This document shows positions 1 to 10,883 of a DNA stretch of 64,000 nt, piece by piece. The notes below the pieces were generated by a model. The model ran no database searches, was not told the DNA's origin, and was given only the letters and a program-made list of their open reading frames with translations. Location: positions 32,001 to 96,000 of the forward strand of contig JAXHLW010000011.1 of assembly GCA_034521815.1 (NCBI GenBank). Reading direction: 5' to 3'. The DNA comes from Trueperaceae bacterium. GTDB lineage: Bacteria; Deinococcota; Deinococci; Deinococcales; Trueperaceae. Made by a program: the position numbers and the translations under genes. Position 1 is the stretch's first letter. Each line of letters begins with the position of its first letter.

Positions 1-2914
1 TGTGGGGGGCGGCGGGACGACGACGACCTGGGCGCAATCCTCGAGCAGACCCTCGGCGCCGTCGCTGTACGTCGTCACCATTGGGTCGGCATCCGGATCC
101 GCGTCGGACACGAGCTCGTTCGGGAACACCGAACTCGCCGTCGATCTGGTACTGCGTCCAAGGCGTGATGCCCTCGTCGAAGTACCACGTCTCCTGGTAC
201 TGGCCCGTCTCTTCGAACGGCTGGTTCAGCTGCGGCGAACCGAGGTACGCGCAGTTTTCCCAGAAGTAGCGCTCGCCGGCGTCCGTCTGGACCGTTTGCA
301 GCGAGTCGCCGGTGTCGGCATCGGAGTTGTTCTGCGCGACGCCCGTGCCGTCGTCACTGAGGAGGTTGCCGGTGAGCGTGAGGATGGCCTCCGCGGTCGT
401 GCCGCGCGGCAGATCATCGATGGGGCTCCAGGTCACTTCCTTCTCGACGACCGCGCCGGTGACGTCGATGTCTGCCACCGTCCACGTTGCGTGAAGTCCG
501 TGCCGTTGGTGAAGTCCAGGCCAACGTCGAACGCGTCGGCCACTTCAACGTCATGCGCGTAGGGGTTGTTGCGCACCGTGTAGGCGTGCGGTTGATCCCC
601 GGTGCCCTCGGTGTCGTCGTCGAACTCCCACGGGTACATGGTCGCCAAGTCACCGTAGTGGGTCCAGGTCGGATCGTTCGCCGTATCGATCTCGACGCGA
701 TCCAGCTGGCGGACTTCGATCCTAAAGTCGCCGAGGCGCCTTGCGCCATCAGCGGTTGGCTGATCCGTGTCTTGGTGATCTCGAAGAGCGGGCGCACCAC
801 CCAGATGTCGGATTCGTCCGCCTCTGGCGTGTAGCTGAACACCAGCTGCTCGCCGGTCGTGTCGTCTTCATCGAAGAACCCGGCGGCCGTCACGCTCTGG
901 TTCTGGCTTCCGTTCGTGACACGGTACGGATCCCCGTACGGCACACATTCCTGCGCGGGCTGCAGTGCCCCTTCATCGGTCGCATCGCCATTCACGCCGA
1001 ACTCAACGGGCGCAGCGCCGTACCGTGGCTGCACATTGAAGCTACCGTCGTCCACGCCTTCCCAGCAGTAGCCGGGCTTGTGACGCGCGTACACGTCAAA
1101 CGTAAACTCTACGGTGTCACCCACCGCGATTGTCTCGAGCGAATCTTCCTGGTTGAAGGACCAGGTGACGACGTGGTTCACGGGGTCATAGGTCCCGGAA
1201 TCCGGCTCGATCGAGCCAGTCGACCACGCCCAGTTCAGCAGGCACCGCGTCACGCACGGTGACGTTGTGAATGTCCGAGTTGCTGTCGTTCTCGACGGTC
1301 ACGTGGACGGTCGCGAGGTAGTTTTCGTCGCTCACCACGTCGCTCGCGTCGAGCGTGACGTCCTCGCCGTACCAGGTCAGGACGTGCTGCTCGACGTGCT
1401 TGTCGACCGTCAGGAAGCCACCGATCCACTCCTTGGTGAAGGTGTAGTCCTTCAGCGCGAACTCGTACGTCTCATCGCCGTACTGGACCACGAAGTAGTA
1501 GGTGGCCGTGACGGTCGCTTCGATGGGGAGGTCGTCGAGGTTGATGCCGGACACCGGGTTGAGGCCGACGCCCGAGTTGTTCTCGTCGATACAGGTTTCA
1601 TCGCCGGGCTCCGCGTCTTCGCAGAAGGCCTCGATCCACTCGACGGTGGGATCGCCGTTCTCGTCCTCGGTGACGCTGTCGATCGTGTACTCCACGTAGC
1701 CGGGGAAGTAGCCGGCGCACCCGGCGTCGCGGTAGCTGCCAGATCCACGAGGACGCCATTACGGGCCGCCCGGAAGAACGTCGAACCCGCGCCGACACGG
1801 AACGGTCCGCGGCTCGGCTGCTTGGTCAGCGCCCACGTGCCGAAGTAGGTGCGCGTTGCTGGAGATCGCTGCCTGGTGGCGCTCCAGATGTTGTCGACCT
1901 GGTGCCGAGGTCGGCGCCGAGACGCTGATCCGTGTAGGTGAGCAGCGGATCTTCGTCCTCATCCGGATCGGGACACCTCGACAGTCGGTGTCGCTGGTGA
2001 TCGTCGGCCATGGAGGCTTCGGTCAGAGTCTCACCTTCGCCGTACCAGCAGGTGCGACATGTTGGTGAAGAACGACTTGAACTCCGACGCGCTTGGCGAC
2101 GTTGTTTCCGCCGACGGCGCTGACGATCAGCTTCGATCGGTTCGAACACGTCGATGACTTCGTCCTGAGCGAACCGTTCGCCCAGCAGGAAGTTGAGGAT
2201 CTCCTGCCAGCGACAGATCGGCGTTGGTCGCCTCGATGACGAAGTACGCCATGCCGTCCGCGTCGGTGGACAGGCCCTGGAAGGTCTTGCGCCGCCGCCG
2301 TGGAAAGGGTGCTCGCCCGGCCGGGGTAGATGGCCAGGGCATCGCTGAAGTCGCCGGTCACACTGACGGTGACGGGCGCGTTCGCGATCGGGTCGCCGGC
2401 GGCATCGGTCACGAGACCGCCACGCCGACCTGCTCCTCGGTCTGAGCCGCCACGAGGGTGGCGTCCTTGACCGGGTTGCTCCTCGTCGAGGGTGGCGTAC
2501 GCGTTGCCGTCGACATCGATGAAGGCCGAGCTCCAACGCTTCGACGTTCGCGAGGCCCGCTTCGACGGACGCCATCTGCGCGAGGTAGGTGGTCGTATCA
2601 CCCGCGACGACGTTGACGGTCTGACCCTCGAGATCGAGGTAGCCGTCCGCGTTGGACACGGCGACCGTGTAGGCGCCGGCTTCGACGTCCCACTGCATTC
2701 GTGACTCGCGGTCTGCGTGTCGACCGCGGTGCCGTTTTGGGTCACCGCGATGTCGGCTTCGACGGCGGCACCGGTGGACGCATCGACGACGTTGACGATC
2801 GAACGTGCCGGTGGTGTCACCGTTCCCGCCACCATTCCCGTCATCGCTGGTTCCGCACGCGACCAAGAACATGGCCGCTGCGATCAGCAACGCGAGATAC
2901 TTGAAAGTCTTCAT
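1..2914 (-). CDS. Large acidic surface lipoprotein with Ig-like/DUF11-type domains; multiply frameshifted and running off the left edge of the window
   Basis: Signal peptide and lipobox MKTFKYLALLIAAAMFLVAC, RBS AGGAGG upstream. Fragments join across frames (1826-2914, 2023-2844, 2127-2342, 1759-1962, 1186-1695, 414-1253, 433-648). Ig-like segment VTDAAGDPIANAPVTVSV..TDADGMAYF; DUF11-like TVHVTVENDSNSDIHNVTVRDAVPAEL; D/E/T-rich. Confidence 0.7.
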
Positions 2915-3224
2915 TCAATCCTCCTGGATCGTGCTTTATGTCGGACCGTACGTGATTGGCATGCAGGGCGAATCCGCCGTGCCGTGCGTCGTCCGCACGG
3001 GGGAGTCGCGCGAACGGTGGATCGCCGAGCCACGCACAGGACCGTCGACGTCGTACAGAACGAGATGGCATCGTTGGTTCGCGTCCGGGCCGGAGCGCGA
3101 GTGGTCCGAGTTTCCTCTGCCCGGGCTCCGATCACATCCGACGAGCCAAGATGATTGACGTTTGTCGGACCATCGAGTCGCACCCCCCTTCCACGTGGGT
3201 CAGACAGCGTCAATATCCAGGTCG

Positions 3225-3254
3225 ACTATCGCACCGGGGAACCGTCCCTGTCAA
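3225..3254 (-). promoter_or_regulatory. Putative sigma70 promoter of the surface lipoprotein gene, about 300 nt upstream of the ATG
   Basis: Minus-strand TTGACA (3254-3249), 18-nt spacer, GATAGT (3230-3225). Confidence 0.5.
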
Positions 3255-3408
3255 CGAACATTTCACGTTTTCGGCCTCGCGCGTGAGCGAATTCACGTGC
3301 ATACCGGGGTGGACGTGGGTATCGCAGCTCGCCCATGACGTCGTCGCCCCTCGATGCGCGCCACCAGCGAGGGTAGCCCCACCACGAAGGCCGCGCCACC
3401 ACGTTCAC

Positions 3409-4605
3409 TCACTCGTAGCGAAGCGCCTCGATCGGGCTCAGCGACGCCGCACGGCGCGCCGGCCACACGCCGAACACGACGCCGGTCAGCACGCTGACCA
3501 GGAACGCCATGCCGACGACCCACGGGTTGATCACGAACACGTCCAGGAACGGCACGAGCTGCACGATCCCCCAAAGCGTGACCAGCGAGAGCGCCACCCC
3601 GATCGTCCCGCCGATCACGGTCAGCACGACCGCCTCGATCAGGAACTGTTGGAGGATCGTGCGCGGCGTGGCGCCGAGCGCCTTGCGCAGCCCGATCTCG
3701 CGGGTGCGCTCGGTGACGCTGACCAGCATGATGTTCAGGATCCCGATGCCGCCCACCAGCAGGCTGATCGCGCCGATCCCGCCCAGCAGGGCTTGCAAGA
3801 TCACGGTGATGGTGTCGAACAACGACAGCGCGCCCTCGACCGTCTGGATCTGGTAGCTGTCCGGGGGGCGCCGGCGATCCAGGATCGAGCGGACCTGGTC
3901 CTCGACCGCACCGGCGTCCCGGTCCAGGTCGATCGAGATCGGCAGGAAGTCGTACTCGCCCCGCGGCACGCCGGGGATGTCGCGATAGAACGCCTCCAAC
4001 GGCACGTCGCCCGAGATGTCGTTCGCGAAGGTGCCCAGCGCACCCCCGATCGGCTCCTTGACGCCGATCACGGTGTACGTCGTGCGCGCGCCGCGTGCCT
4101 CGAGAAGAATCTCGCGCCCCACCGGATCGGGCTCGTCCTCGAACAGCTCCTGCCGGGCGTCGGCGGACAGCACGATGACCGCGGCGGCGCGGGCCGCGTC
4201 GCGCTCGTCGAAGTAGCGACCCTGAGCCAGCTCGATCGAGCGATCGACCTCGGGCGCGTCGGGGGTCGTGCCGTTCACCGTCACGCTCTCGCGAACATCG
4301 TCCACCACGGCCGTAACGCGCGTACTCTGCTGACGGAGGATCTGGATGGGCAGGCGCGAGAGCGCCTCGACATCGTCGTCCGTGAACCGTTCCGAATCCG
4401 GATCGTCGAACACCCGCTGCACGAACAGCGACTGCGAGCCGAACTCCTGGATCTCGGAGGTGATCCCCGCCGTGGCGATCTCGCCCAGGCTGACCGTCGC
4501 GGTGACGGCGAACACGCCGATCACGACGCCCAGCAACGTCAGCAGCGAGCGGAGCCGGTTCTCGAACAGCGCCGACAGTGCGGTCCTCAGGTTCTCGAGC
4601 AGCAT
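3409..4605 (-). CDS. MacB/FtsX-family ABC transporter permease
   Basis: RSLLTLLGVVIGV, GGIGILNIMLVSVTERTREIGLRKALGA and C-terminal PIEALRYE motifs. Confidence 0.93.
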   Translation of the reverse strand: MLLENLRTALSALFENRLRSLLTLLGVVIGVFAVTATVSLGEIATAGITSEIQEFGSQSLFVQRVFDDPDSERFTDDDVEALSRLPIQILRQQSTRVTAVVDDVRESVTVNGTTPDAPEVDRSIELAQGRYFDERDAARAAAVIVLSADARQELFEDEPDPVGREILLEARGARTTYTVIGVKEPIGGALGTFANDISGDVPLEAFYRDIPGVPRGEYDFLPISIDLDRDAGAVEDQVRSILDRRRPPDSYQIQTVEGALSLFDTITVILQALLGGIGAISLLVGGIGILNIMLVSVTERTREIGLRKALGATPRTILQQFLIEAVVLTVIGGTIGVALSLVTLWGIVQLVPFLDVFVINPWVVGMAFLVSVLTGVVFGVWPARRAASLSPIEALRYE

Positions 4606-4606
4606 C

Positions 4607-5401
4607 TCATCTCCCCCACCCGGTCGCGTCGTGCGCGGCGCCGGCGCGCGACTCGGCGGCGTCGCCGACGCTCGGGCGGCGTCGCTGGGCGACGACCTCG
4701 GACGACTCGACCACGCCGTCGCGGATGTGGATGATCCGCTCGGTGTGCTCGGCGACCTCCTGCTCGTGCGTCACCATCAGGATCGTTCGGCCCTCGGCGT
4801 GCAGGGCGCCGAAGAGCGCCAGGATCTCCTGGCCGGTGCGCGAGTCCAGGTTGCCGGTGGGCTCGTCGGCCAGCAGGATGTCCGGCTCGGTCGCCAGCGC
4901 GCGTGCGATCGCCACGCGCTGCTTCTGACCGCCGGAAAGCTCGTTGGGCTTGTGGTGCAGCCGGTCGGCCAGCCCGACGCGCTCCAAGGCCTCCGTGGCG
5001 GTCGCACGCCGCGCCCGGGGGCCCAGCCCGCGGTACATGAGCGGGAGCGCGACGTTGTCGAGGGCCGACGACCTCGCCAGCAGGTTGTACGCCTGGAACA
5101 CGAACCCGATGCGGTGGTTGCGGACCTGCGACAGGCGCTCCTCGCTCAGGTCGGCGACCTCCTCGCCCGCCAGCCGGTACGAGCCCTCGCTGGGCGCGTC
5201 GAGGCAGCCCAGGATCTGCAGCAGCGTGCTCTTTCCGGAGCCGGACGGACCCATGATGGCGGCGTACTCGCCCGCAAGCACCTCGAGATCCAGGCCCCGA
5301 AGCGCATGCACCTCGACGTCGGCACCCAGACGGTAGATCTTGCGGAGGCCGCGCGCCTCGATGACCGGTGTGCTGCCGCTCGCCTCCTCCTCGGCCGTCA
5401 T
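4607..5401 (-). CDS. ABC transporter ATP-binding protein (MacB/LolD-like)
   Basis: Walker A GPSGSGKS, signature LSGGQKQR, Walker B LLADEPTGNLD. Start at MTAEEEASG. Confidence 0.93.
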   Translation of the reverse strand: MTAEEEASGSTPVIEARGLRKIYRLGADVEVHALRGLDLEVLAGEYAAIMGPSGSGKSTLLQILGCLDAPSEGSYRLAGEEVADLSEERLSQVRNHRIGFVFQAYNLLARSSALDNVALPLMYRGLGPRARRATATEALERVGLADRLHHKPNELSGGQKQRVAIARALATEPDILLADEPTGNLDSRTGQEILALFGALHAEGRTILMVTHEQEVAEHTERIIHIRDGVVESSEVVAQRRRPSVGDAAESRAGAAHDATGWGR

Positions 5402-6745
5402 GATCCGCCTGGCGGCGTGAACCGCACCGGCGCGCCGTCCTCGAGCTCGTCGATGCCGACGACCGCGAGCGTGTCGCCGTCCGACAGGCCTTCCGTGTCG
5501 GCGGGGTCCACCGCTGCGACGGTGGCGTTTCGGTCCACCGGATCGACCCGGACCCGTCGGGCGGTTCCGGCGCCCGGCTCGTCGGCCGCATCGATGCGGA
5601 ACACGAAGCTGTCGCCGTCCTCGTCCTCGGTGATCGCCTCGAGCGGGATCAGGAGCATGTCCGCGAGGTCCGCGATCCGGACCCGGGCGGTGACCGTGTA
5701 GCCCGGACGGACGGCCACGTCGCCCTGGAGCGCGGCCGCTCCGAACGCGAGCATCACCTCGACCTGGGCGCTGCCCGCCTCGCGGGCGGCCACCGGCGAG
5801 AGCCGGACGACCTCGGCGGGAAGGCGCAGGCGCGTGTCGGCGTCCGGCACGATGGCGGCCGGAAGCCCCACGGCCAGCTCGGCGGCGCGGTTCTCGTCGA
5901 ACGAGGCGCGGATCCGCAGATCGCTCGGATCGGCGATCGTCACGACCGACTGCGTCCCGGTCGCGTCGCCCTCCTCCACCGCGAGCGTCGCCACGACGCC
6001 ACCGAACGGCGCCGTCAGAACGGCGTCGTCGATGCGGGCCTGCAGGTTCGCGAGGTCGGTCTCGAGCCGAGCGACGTTCGCCTCGGCGCTGGCGCGCTGC
6101 GCAGCTGCCAGCGAGCGCTGATTGGAGAGGCGGCTGCGCGCCGCCGCGAGGCTCAGCTCGGCCTGCTCCAACGCCCTCGCGGCCGAGTCGCGCGCGTCGC
6201 TCACGTCGCGAAGCTCGTCGCGCGAGGCGGCGCCGAGCTCCAACAGCCGTTGGACCCGCTCGACGTCCGCTTCGCGGCTTCGCAGCTCGGCGACGGCTTG
6301 CAGGCGCCGGTCTTCGCCCTGCACGACCACCGATTCGGCGTCGAGCCGGTCGACGTTCAGCTGCGCCAGCGTCCGCTCGAGCTCGGCGCGAGCCGACTGC
6401 AGCGAGGCGCGTGTGGACGCCACGTTGCGCTCCAGCTCGGCGACGTCCAGACGGATCAGCGGCTGTCCCTCGCTCACCGCGTCGCCTTCCTCGACCAGGA
6501 CGCCCGAGACGGTGCCGCCGGCGCTGAACGCGAGCCCACGTTCGCGCGTCGCCTCGATCGTCCCGCTGCCGGTCACCTCCCGAACGAAGCGGCCGCTCTC
6601 GACCGGCTCGACCACGACCTGCTGGGCCGGCGCTCCGCCGCGGCCCCGGAGCGCGACCGGTGGCGACGGCCGCGCTCGCGATCACGATCAGGACGATCCA
6701 GATGACGCGGCGGCGACGCCGTCGCGGACGGTTCTCACGGCTCAT
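5398..6745 (-). CDS. Efflux periplasmic adaptor subunit (MacA/HlyD-like), frameshift near 6650
   Basis: N-terminal TM (RRRRRVIWIVLIVIASAAV) in one frame; lipoyl-like motifs GTVSGVLVEEGDAV and LTAPFGGVV plus coiled coil in ORF 5398-6615. Confidence 0.85.
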
Positions 6746-7863
6746 GACCCTGCCCCGAGAATCGTCGCCTCGAGCGAGCGGAGCGCGTCGGCCAGCCCGT
6801 TGCGTGCGACACGAGCCTCGGCCGTCCGGCGCAGCAGGTCCAGCCGGGCCCTTTCCAACGCGACCTCGGCGATCGACCCCGCCTCGAAGCGGACGCTGGC
6901 GACCCGCACGTCCTCCTCGGCGGTCGCGACCTGCTCGCGGGCGCTGGCCAGCCGACCCTCGGCGGCCAGCACGGCGTTGTGCGCCTGCCGAACGGCCAGC
7001 GTGAGGCTGCTCTGCAGATCGTCGGTCCGGAGCCGGGCCGAGGCCAGCCGGTCGCGCGCGGCCTCGATGTCCGCGCGCGCCACGGTGAACGCGACGTCGA
7101 CGGCCTCGAGGCGCGCCTGGGCCACCACGACCGCGCGACGGGACGAGCGCAGCGACGCGTTCTCGTCCAGGCGGGACGTCGCCGCGTCCAGGTCCGGCAC
7201 GACCGGCTCACGGTCGGCGCCTTCGAGGGTCGGAAGGTCGCCGACCGCGCCCAGGCGCACCGCCAGCCGATCGAGGGCCAGCTCGAGCGCCTGACCGGCG
7301 TCGCGCAGGTCGCGCTCGGCGCTTCGGACGACGTCCTGAGCGCGCGCCACGTCGCTCTCCGTGGCGGCGCCCGCTTCCAGCCGGATCTCGGCGGCGCGCG
7401 CCTCGACGCGAGCGATACGCAGCGCCACCTCGGCGATGGCCACGGAGTCCTGCGCCTCCAACGCCGCCTCGAAGGCGTCCGCGGCCGCGTCCCGCGCGGA
7501 CGATTCGGCGTTTCGAAGCGCGTCTCGGGCCGCCTCGACGTCGTGCCGCGCGGTCAGCGTCGGCACGCGCAGGCTGGTGGGATCCGCCTCGACCCGCGCG
7601 GCCTCGCGCTGGGCCGCGTCCAGGTCGAGTCGCGCCGTACGGACCTCGGCCGACGCCTGGACGGCCCGGTCCATGGCGGTGGCGAGGTCCAGAGCCTCGG
7701 CGGGCGCCTGGCCCCTTGCCGGAGCGAGCATCGGAACGAGCAGCACCAGGCCGAGAAGCAGGCTCAGAAAGCGAGGCACGACTCGGTCGAGCGCGGTTCG
7801 GTCAGGCGCGATGCGGTCGGGCGCGATGCGATGGGTCACGGTTCGGTCGGTCATCACGGTCAC
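6742..7863 (-). CDS. TolC-family outer membrane efflux protein
   Basis: Signal peptide, repeated helical RLEAGAAT/RFEAGSI motifs, position in efflux operon. Confidence 0.75.
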   Translation of the reverse strand: MTVMTDRTVTHRIAPDRIAPDRTALDRVVPRFLSLLLGLVLLVPMLAPARGQAPAEALDLATAMDRAVQASAEVRTARLDLDAAQREAARVEADPTSLRVPTLTARHDVEAARDALRNAESSARDAAADAFEAALEAQDSVAIAEVALRIARVEARAAEIRLEAGAATESDVARAQDVVRSAERDLRDAGQALELALDRLAVRLGAVGDLPTLEGADREPVVPDLDAATSRLDENASLRSSRRAVVVAQARLEAVDVAFTVARADIEAARDRLASARLRTDDLQSSLTLAVRQAHNAVLAAEGRLASAREQVATAEEDVRVASVRFEAGSIAEVALERARLDLLRRTAEARVARNGLADALRSLEATILGAGS

Positions 7864-9302
7864 TCCAGGCTCTCAGGGTCGACGGCGAGTGCGTCGAGGA
7901 GGCGGAACACGGCGAGGCGAAGGTCGTCCACGGCCCGGTCGGCGTCCAGGTCGGCGCGGCGCGTCTCGAGCTCGGCTCGAAGGACGGCCGCTTCGGAGGC
8001 GGCACCGGCCTGGGCCCGCAGCCGCACGACGCGTTCGGTCTCGCGCTGCAGCTCGGCCGCGCGTCGAGCCAGCTCGGCCAGCTCGGTGGCCACCTCGACG
8101 TCCGCGTAGGCCCGGTCGACGGCGATCCGGGCACGATCCGATACGCTAGCGCTGCGCACGCGAGCCTGCTCTTGGCCCGCCCTGACGGCGGACAAGGCGT
8201 CGGGCAGCGCGGGGCTGAACGGGATCTCGACCCGGACGCCGATCTCGAAGCGGCTGAGCGAGCCACCCGAGCCGACGCCCTGCACGCCGTCGTCCGGATC
8301 GAACGACGCGCTCAGGCTGGGCGCCAGGCGGTCGCTGTCGATCGACGCGCCCAAGCTGAACGATCGGTCCTCGTCGCCCCTCGTGAACCCGGTCTCGAGC
8401 GAGAGCGTGGGCAGGACGTCCCGGACGGACGCGGCCGCGCTGCGATCGGCCTCGGCGACGTCACGCAGGGCTGCCCGAACATCCGGCCGCCCGGCCCACG
8501 CCTCGTCGCTCCGCTCCGAAAGGGCGGGGGGCGCTGGAAGCGGCCCTTGCGGCGAAGGCACCTGTCGTCCGAGCACCGTTTCGAGCGCCCGTCGCGCCAG
8601 CGCGAGCTGCCGCAAGGCGGCGTCCCGACTCTGCCGAGCCCTCGCCAGGGCCAGCTCGGCCTCGGCGACGTCCAGGTCGCTCGCGGCTCCCGCCCTCAGG
8701 CGTTGGCGCACGGCGTCGGCCTCCAAGGCGGCCAGCGTCGCCTCGTCCTCCGCCAACGCGACCGCGGTGCGAGCCCGAATCACCGTCTGGAACGCCTCCA
8801 CCGCGTCGATCCGAGCGGATCGCGACGCCGCGGCCAGGTCGTCCCGCGCCGCAGCGACGGACGCCCGGGCCCGTGCCAGCTCGTCCGCCCCGGCGCCGCG
8901 CAGCGCCGGATCGATGCGCACCGTCAGGCCGATCGGCGCCACGTCGCCTCCGCCGAGGTCCTCCGCAGGGGCGCCGTCGGACGACACGAGCGATCCCACG
9001 CGACGGTCGTAGCCACCGGAGAGGAGAAGATCGAGCGGCACGGCGGTCGCCGACGCTTGGAAGGCGGCCCGTTCCAGCGCCAACGACGCCACCCGGACGC
9101 TGGGCGCGTCGTCCACGAGCCTCAGCAGCTCCGCGTAGCCCAGCGTCTCGCCGACGGCGGGCCCATCCTGAGCGTGAACGCCGGCCGCGACGACCACGAG
9201 GGCGACGACGACGAGAAGCAGGCGTGCGGGTCCAGCGACGTGGCCACCGCCACGGCCCCGGGGAGGCGGCGGCTCGGTGACGAAGATCGGGTCTTGCAGC
9301 AC
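7860..9302 (-). CDS. Second TolC-family outer membrane efflux protein (start approximate)
   Basis: C-terminal part of ORF 7860-10892: signal peptide ..VVVAAGVHAQ, RLRAGAASDLDV motif, beta-strand segments. Overlaps the next gene by 4 nt. Confidence 0.75.
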   Translation of the reverse strand: MLQDPIFVTEPPPPRGRGGGHVAGPARLLLVVVALVVVAAGVHAQDGPAVGETLGYAELLRLVDDAPSVRVASLALERAAFQASATAVPLDLLLSGGYDRRVGSLVSSDGAPAEDLGGGDVAPIGLTVRIDPALRGAGADELARARASVAAARDDLAAASRSARIDAVEAFQTVIRARTAVALAEDEATLAALEADAVRQRLRAGAASDLDVAEAELALARARQSRDAALRQLALARRALETVLGRQVPSPQGPLPAPPALSERSDEAWAGRPDVRAALRDVAEADRSAAASVRDVLPTLSLETGFTRGDEDRSFSLGASIDSDRLAPSLSASFDPDDGVQGVGSGGSLSRFEIGVRVEIPFSPALPDALSAVRAGQEQARVRSASVSDRARIAVDRAYADVEVATELAELARRAAELQRETERVVRLRAQAGAASEAAVLRAELETRRADLDADRAVDDLRLAVFRLLDALAVDPESLE

Positions 9303-9472
9303 GATGGAACTCCGTTCAGGGGGCTCGAGGTGGCGCACGAAGCGCGCAGAGGGGCGTGCGGCGATCGCCACGAGACCGTATCGCCACGAGACCGTAGGGA
9401 CGAGCATGACGGATGGATCGGCCGCCGTCCTCCACCCTCCGACGGAGACGGGACCGACAGCGGCACCGGAGC

Positions 9473-10660
9473 TCAGCCCAACACGTCCCGGTGGCGACGG
9501 AACACGTGAACCGCCAGCAGCGCGGCAGGCACCAGGAACGCATAGCTCGTCGCCAACGCCGGCACGATGCCGACCGCCTGCTGAAGCGCGCCGAAGGCGA
9601 CGTACGCCACCCCGGCCACGCCCCAGGTGAAGCCCATCAGCATGCCCGACGCCGTCGCGACCGCGTTGGGCGCCAGATCCTGTGCACTGAGCACCAGCAG
9701 CGGGATCGGCGCGTTCGTGAATCCTCCTGCGGCGGCCACCACGAGGTAGAACGCGACGGTGCCGGGCGTGAGCACGAGCGTGAGCAGCATCAGCGGCAAG
9801 GCCAGCGTCATCGCGCCGACGATCAGTCGGCCACGACCGACGTACGGCTCCAACGAGCCGGCGATCACCAGCCCCGCCGACGCCGCGATCTGGTACGTGG
9901 CCAGCGTGAAGCCCAGGATGCCGGCGTCCGCCGCGAAGCCACGCACGTTCACCAGGTACAGGGGCATGGCGTTCAGGAAGCTGATGTAGGCGACGGCCCG
10001 AAGAATGCCGACCCCTGCCAGCAGGCCCACCGGACCGGCGAACAGCTCGCGGTCGAACAGCTTGGGCCTCGCGTGACGTTCCGGCCGGGTCTGCTCCGGC
10101 GCGAGCGTCAACAGCGCGACGCCCAGCACCACCCCGATCGGAGCGAGCCACGGGATCGCCCAAGGCCCGTAGCTGCGCAGCAGCCACAGCGCGACGACCG
10201 GCATGACCGCCGACCCCAGCGGACCGCCCGAGCCGAACACGCCGATCGCCAGGCCCTTGCGTTTGCCCGCCTGCCGCGCCATGGACGCGGCGGCCGGATG
10301 GAACAGCGCCGATCCGAGACCGCCGATCGCGAGGACCAGGAACAGCGCCCAGACGGTCGGCACGACCACGAGCAGGCTCATCAGCGAGGAGCCGACGATC
10401 AACCCCGCCGCGGCGGCGCGGCGGCGGCCCCAGCGGTCCGCCAGCGCTCCCGCGAACGCCTGCAGCACGTTCGACGAGAACGAGATCAGGGCGACGAATC
10501 CGGCCAGCGCCGCCTCGCCCAGGCCGAAGCGGATCTGGAGGGTCGGCAGGAACACCGGCAGGATGTTCGCGAAGGCGTCGTTGACGGCGTGCGCCGTGGT
10601 GAGCAGGACCGTCAGGCCGGCGGCCCCCAGGGCGGTGCGGCGAGCGACGAGACGCGTCAT
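9473..10660 (-). CDS. MFS transporter (Fsr-like)
   Basis: HAVNDAF, GALADRWGRR and GSALFHP motifs; about 12 TM. TACACT lies 6 nt before the ATG. Confidence 0.85.
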   Translation of the reverse strand: MTRLVARRTALGAAGLTVLLTTAHAVNDAFANILPVFLPTLQIRFGLGEAALAGFVALISFSSNVLQAFAGALADRWGRRRAAAAGLIVGSSLMSLLVVVPTVWALFLVLAIGGLGSALFHPAAASMARQAGKRKGLAIGVFGSGGPLGSAVMPVVALWLLRSYGPWAIPWLAPIGVVLGVALLTLAPEQTRPERHARPKLFDRELFAGPVGLLAGVGILRAVAYISFLNAMPLYLVNVRGFAADAGILGFTLATYQIAASAGLVIAGSLEPYVGRGRLIVGAMTLALPLMLLTLVLTPGTVAFYLVVAAAGGFTNAPIPLLVLSAQDLAPNAVATASGMLMGFTWGVAGVAYVAFGALQQAVGIVPALATSYAFLVPAALLAVHVFRRHRDVLG

Positions 10661-10883
10661 CCGCGCAGTGTACGCAGGAACGCTGCGAGCCGCTCGTACG
10701 TCGGCGACGACGGGCACCCCGGCCAGGACTCGTCGGCCGGGACTCGTCGGTCGCCGGGGACGGTCGACGTCGGTCGTTCTCCGGCATACGCTCCGCCGTG
10801 CACGCGCTACGCGTGGGTGCGGCTCGCTCGCGCCAGGCGCTGGCCTGCGCAGACGCGGTGCGGAGCCTTCGGAGGTCGCCTTC

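Noticed and set aside
3080-3130. Weak resemblance of the leader segment GGGCAGAG-GAAA-CTCGGAC..CTCCGGCC to a c-di-GMP-I riboswitch
   Set aside because: It lacks both conserved GCAAA elements and the full P2/P3 stems; it would need an Infernal hit to claim.
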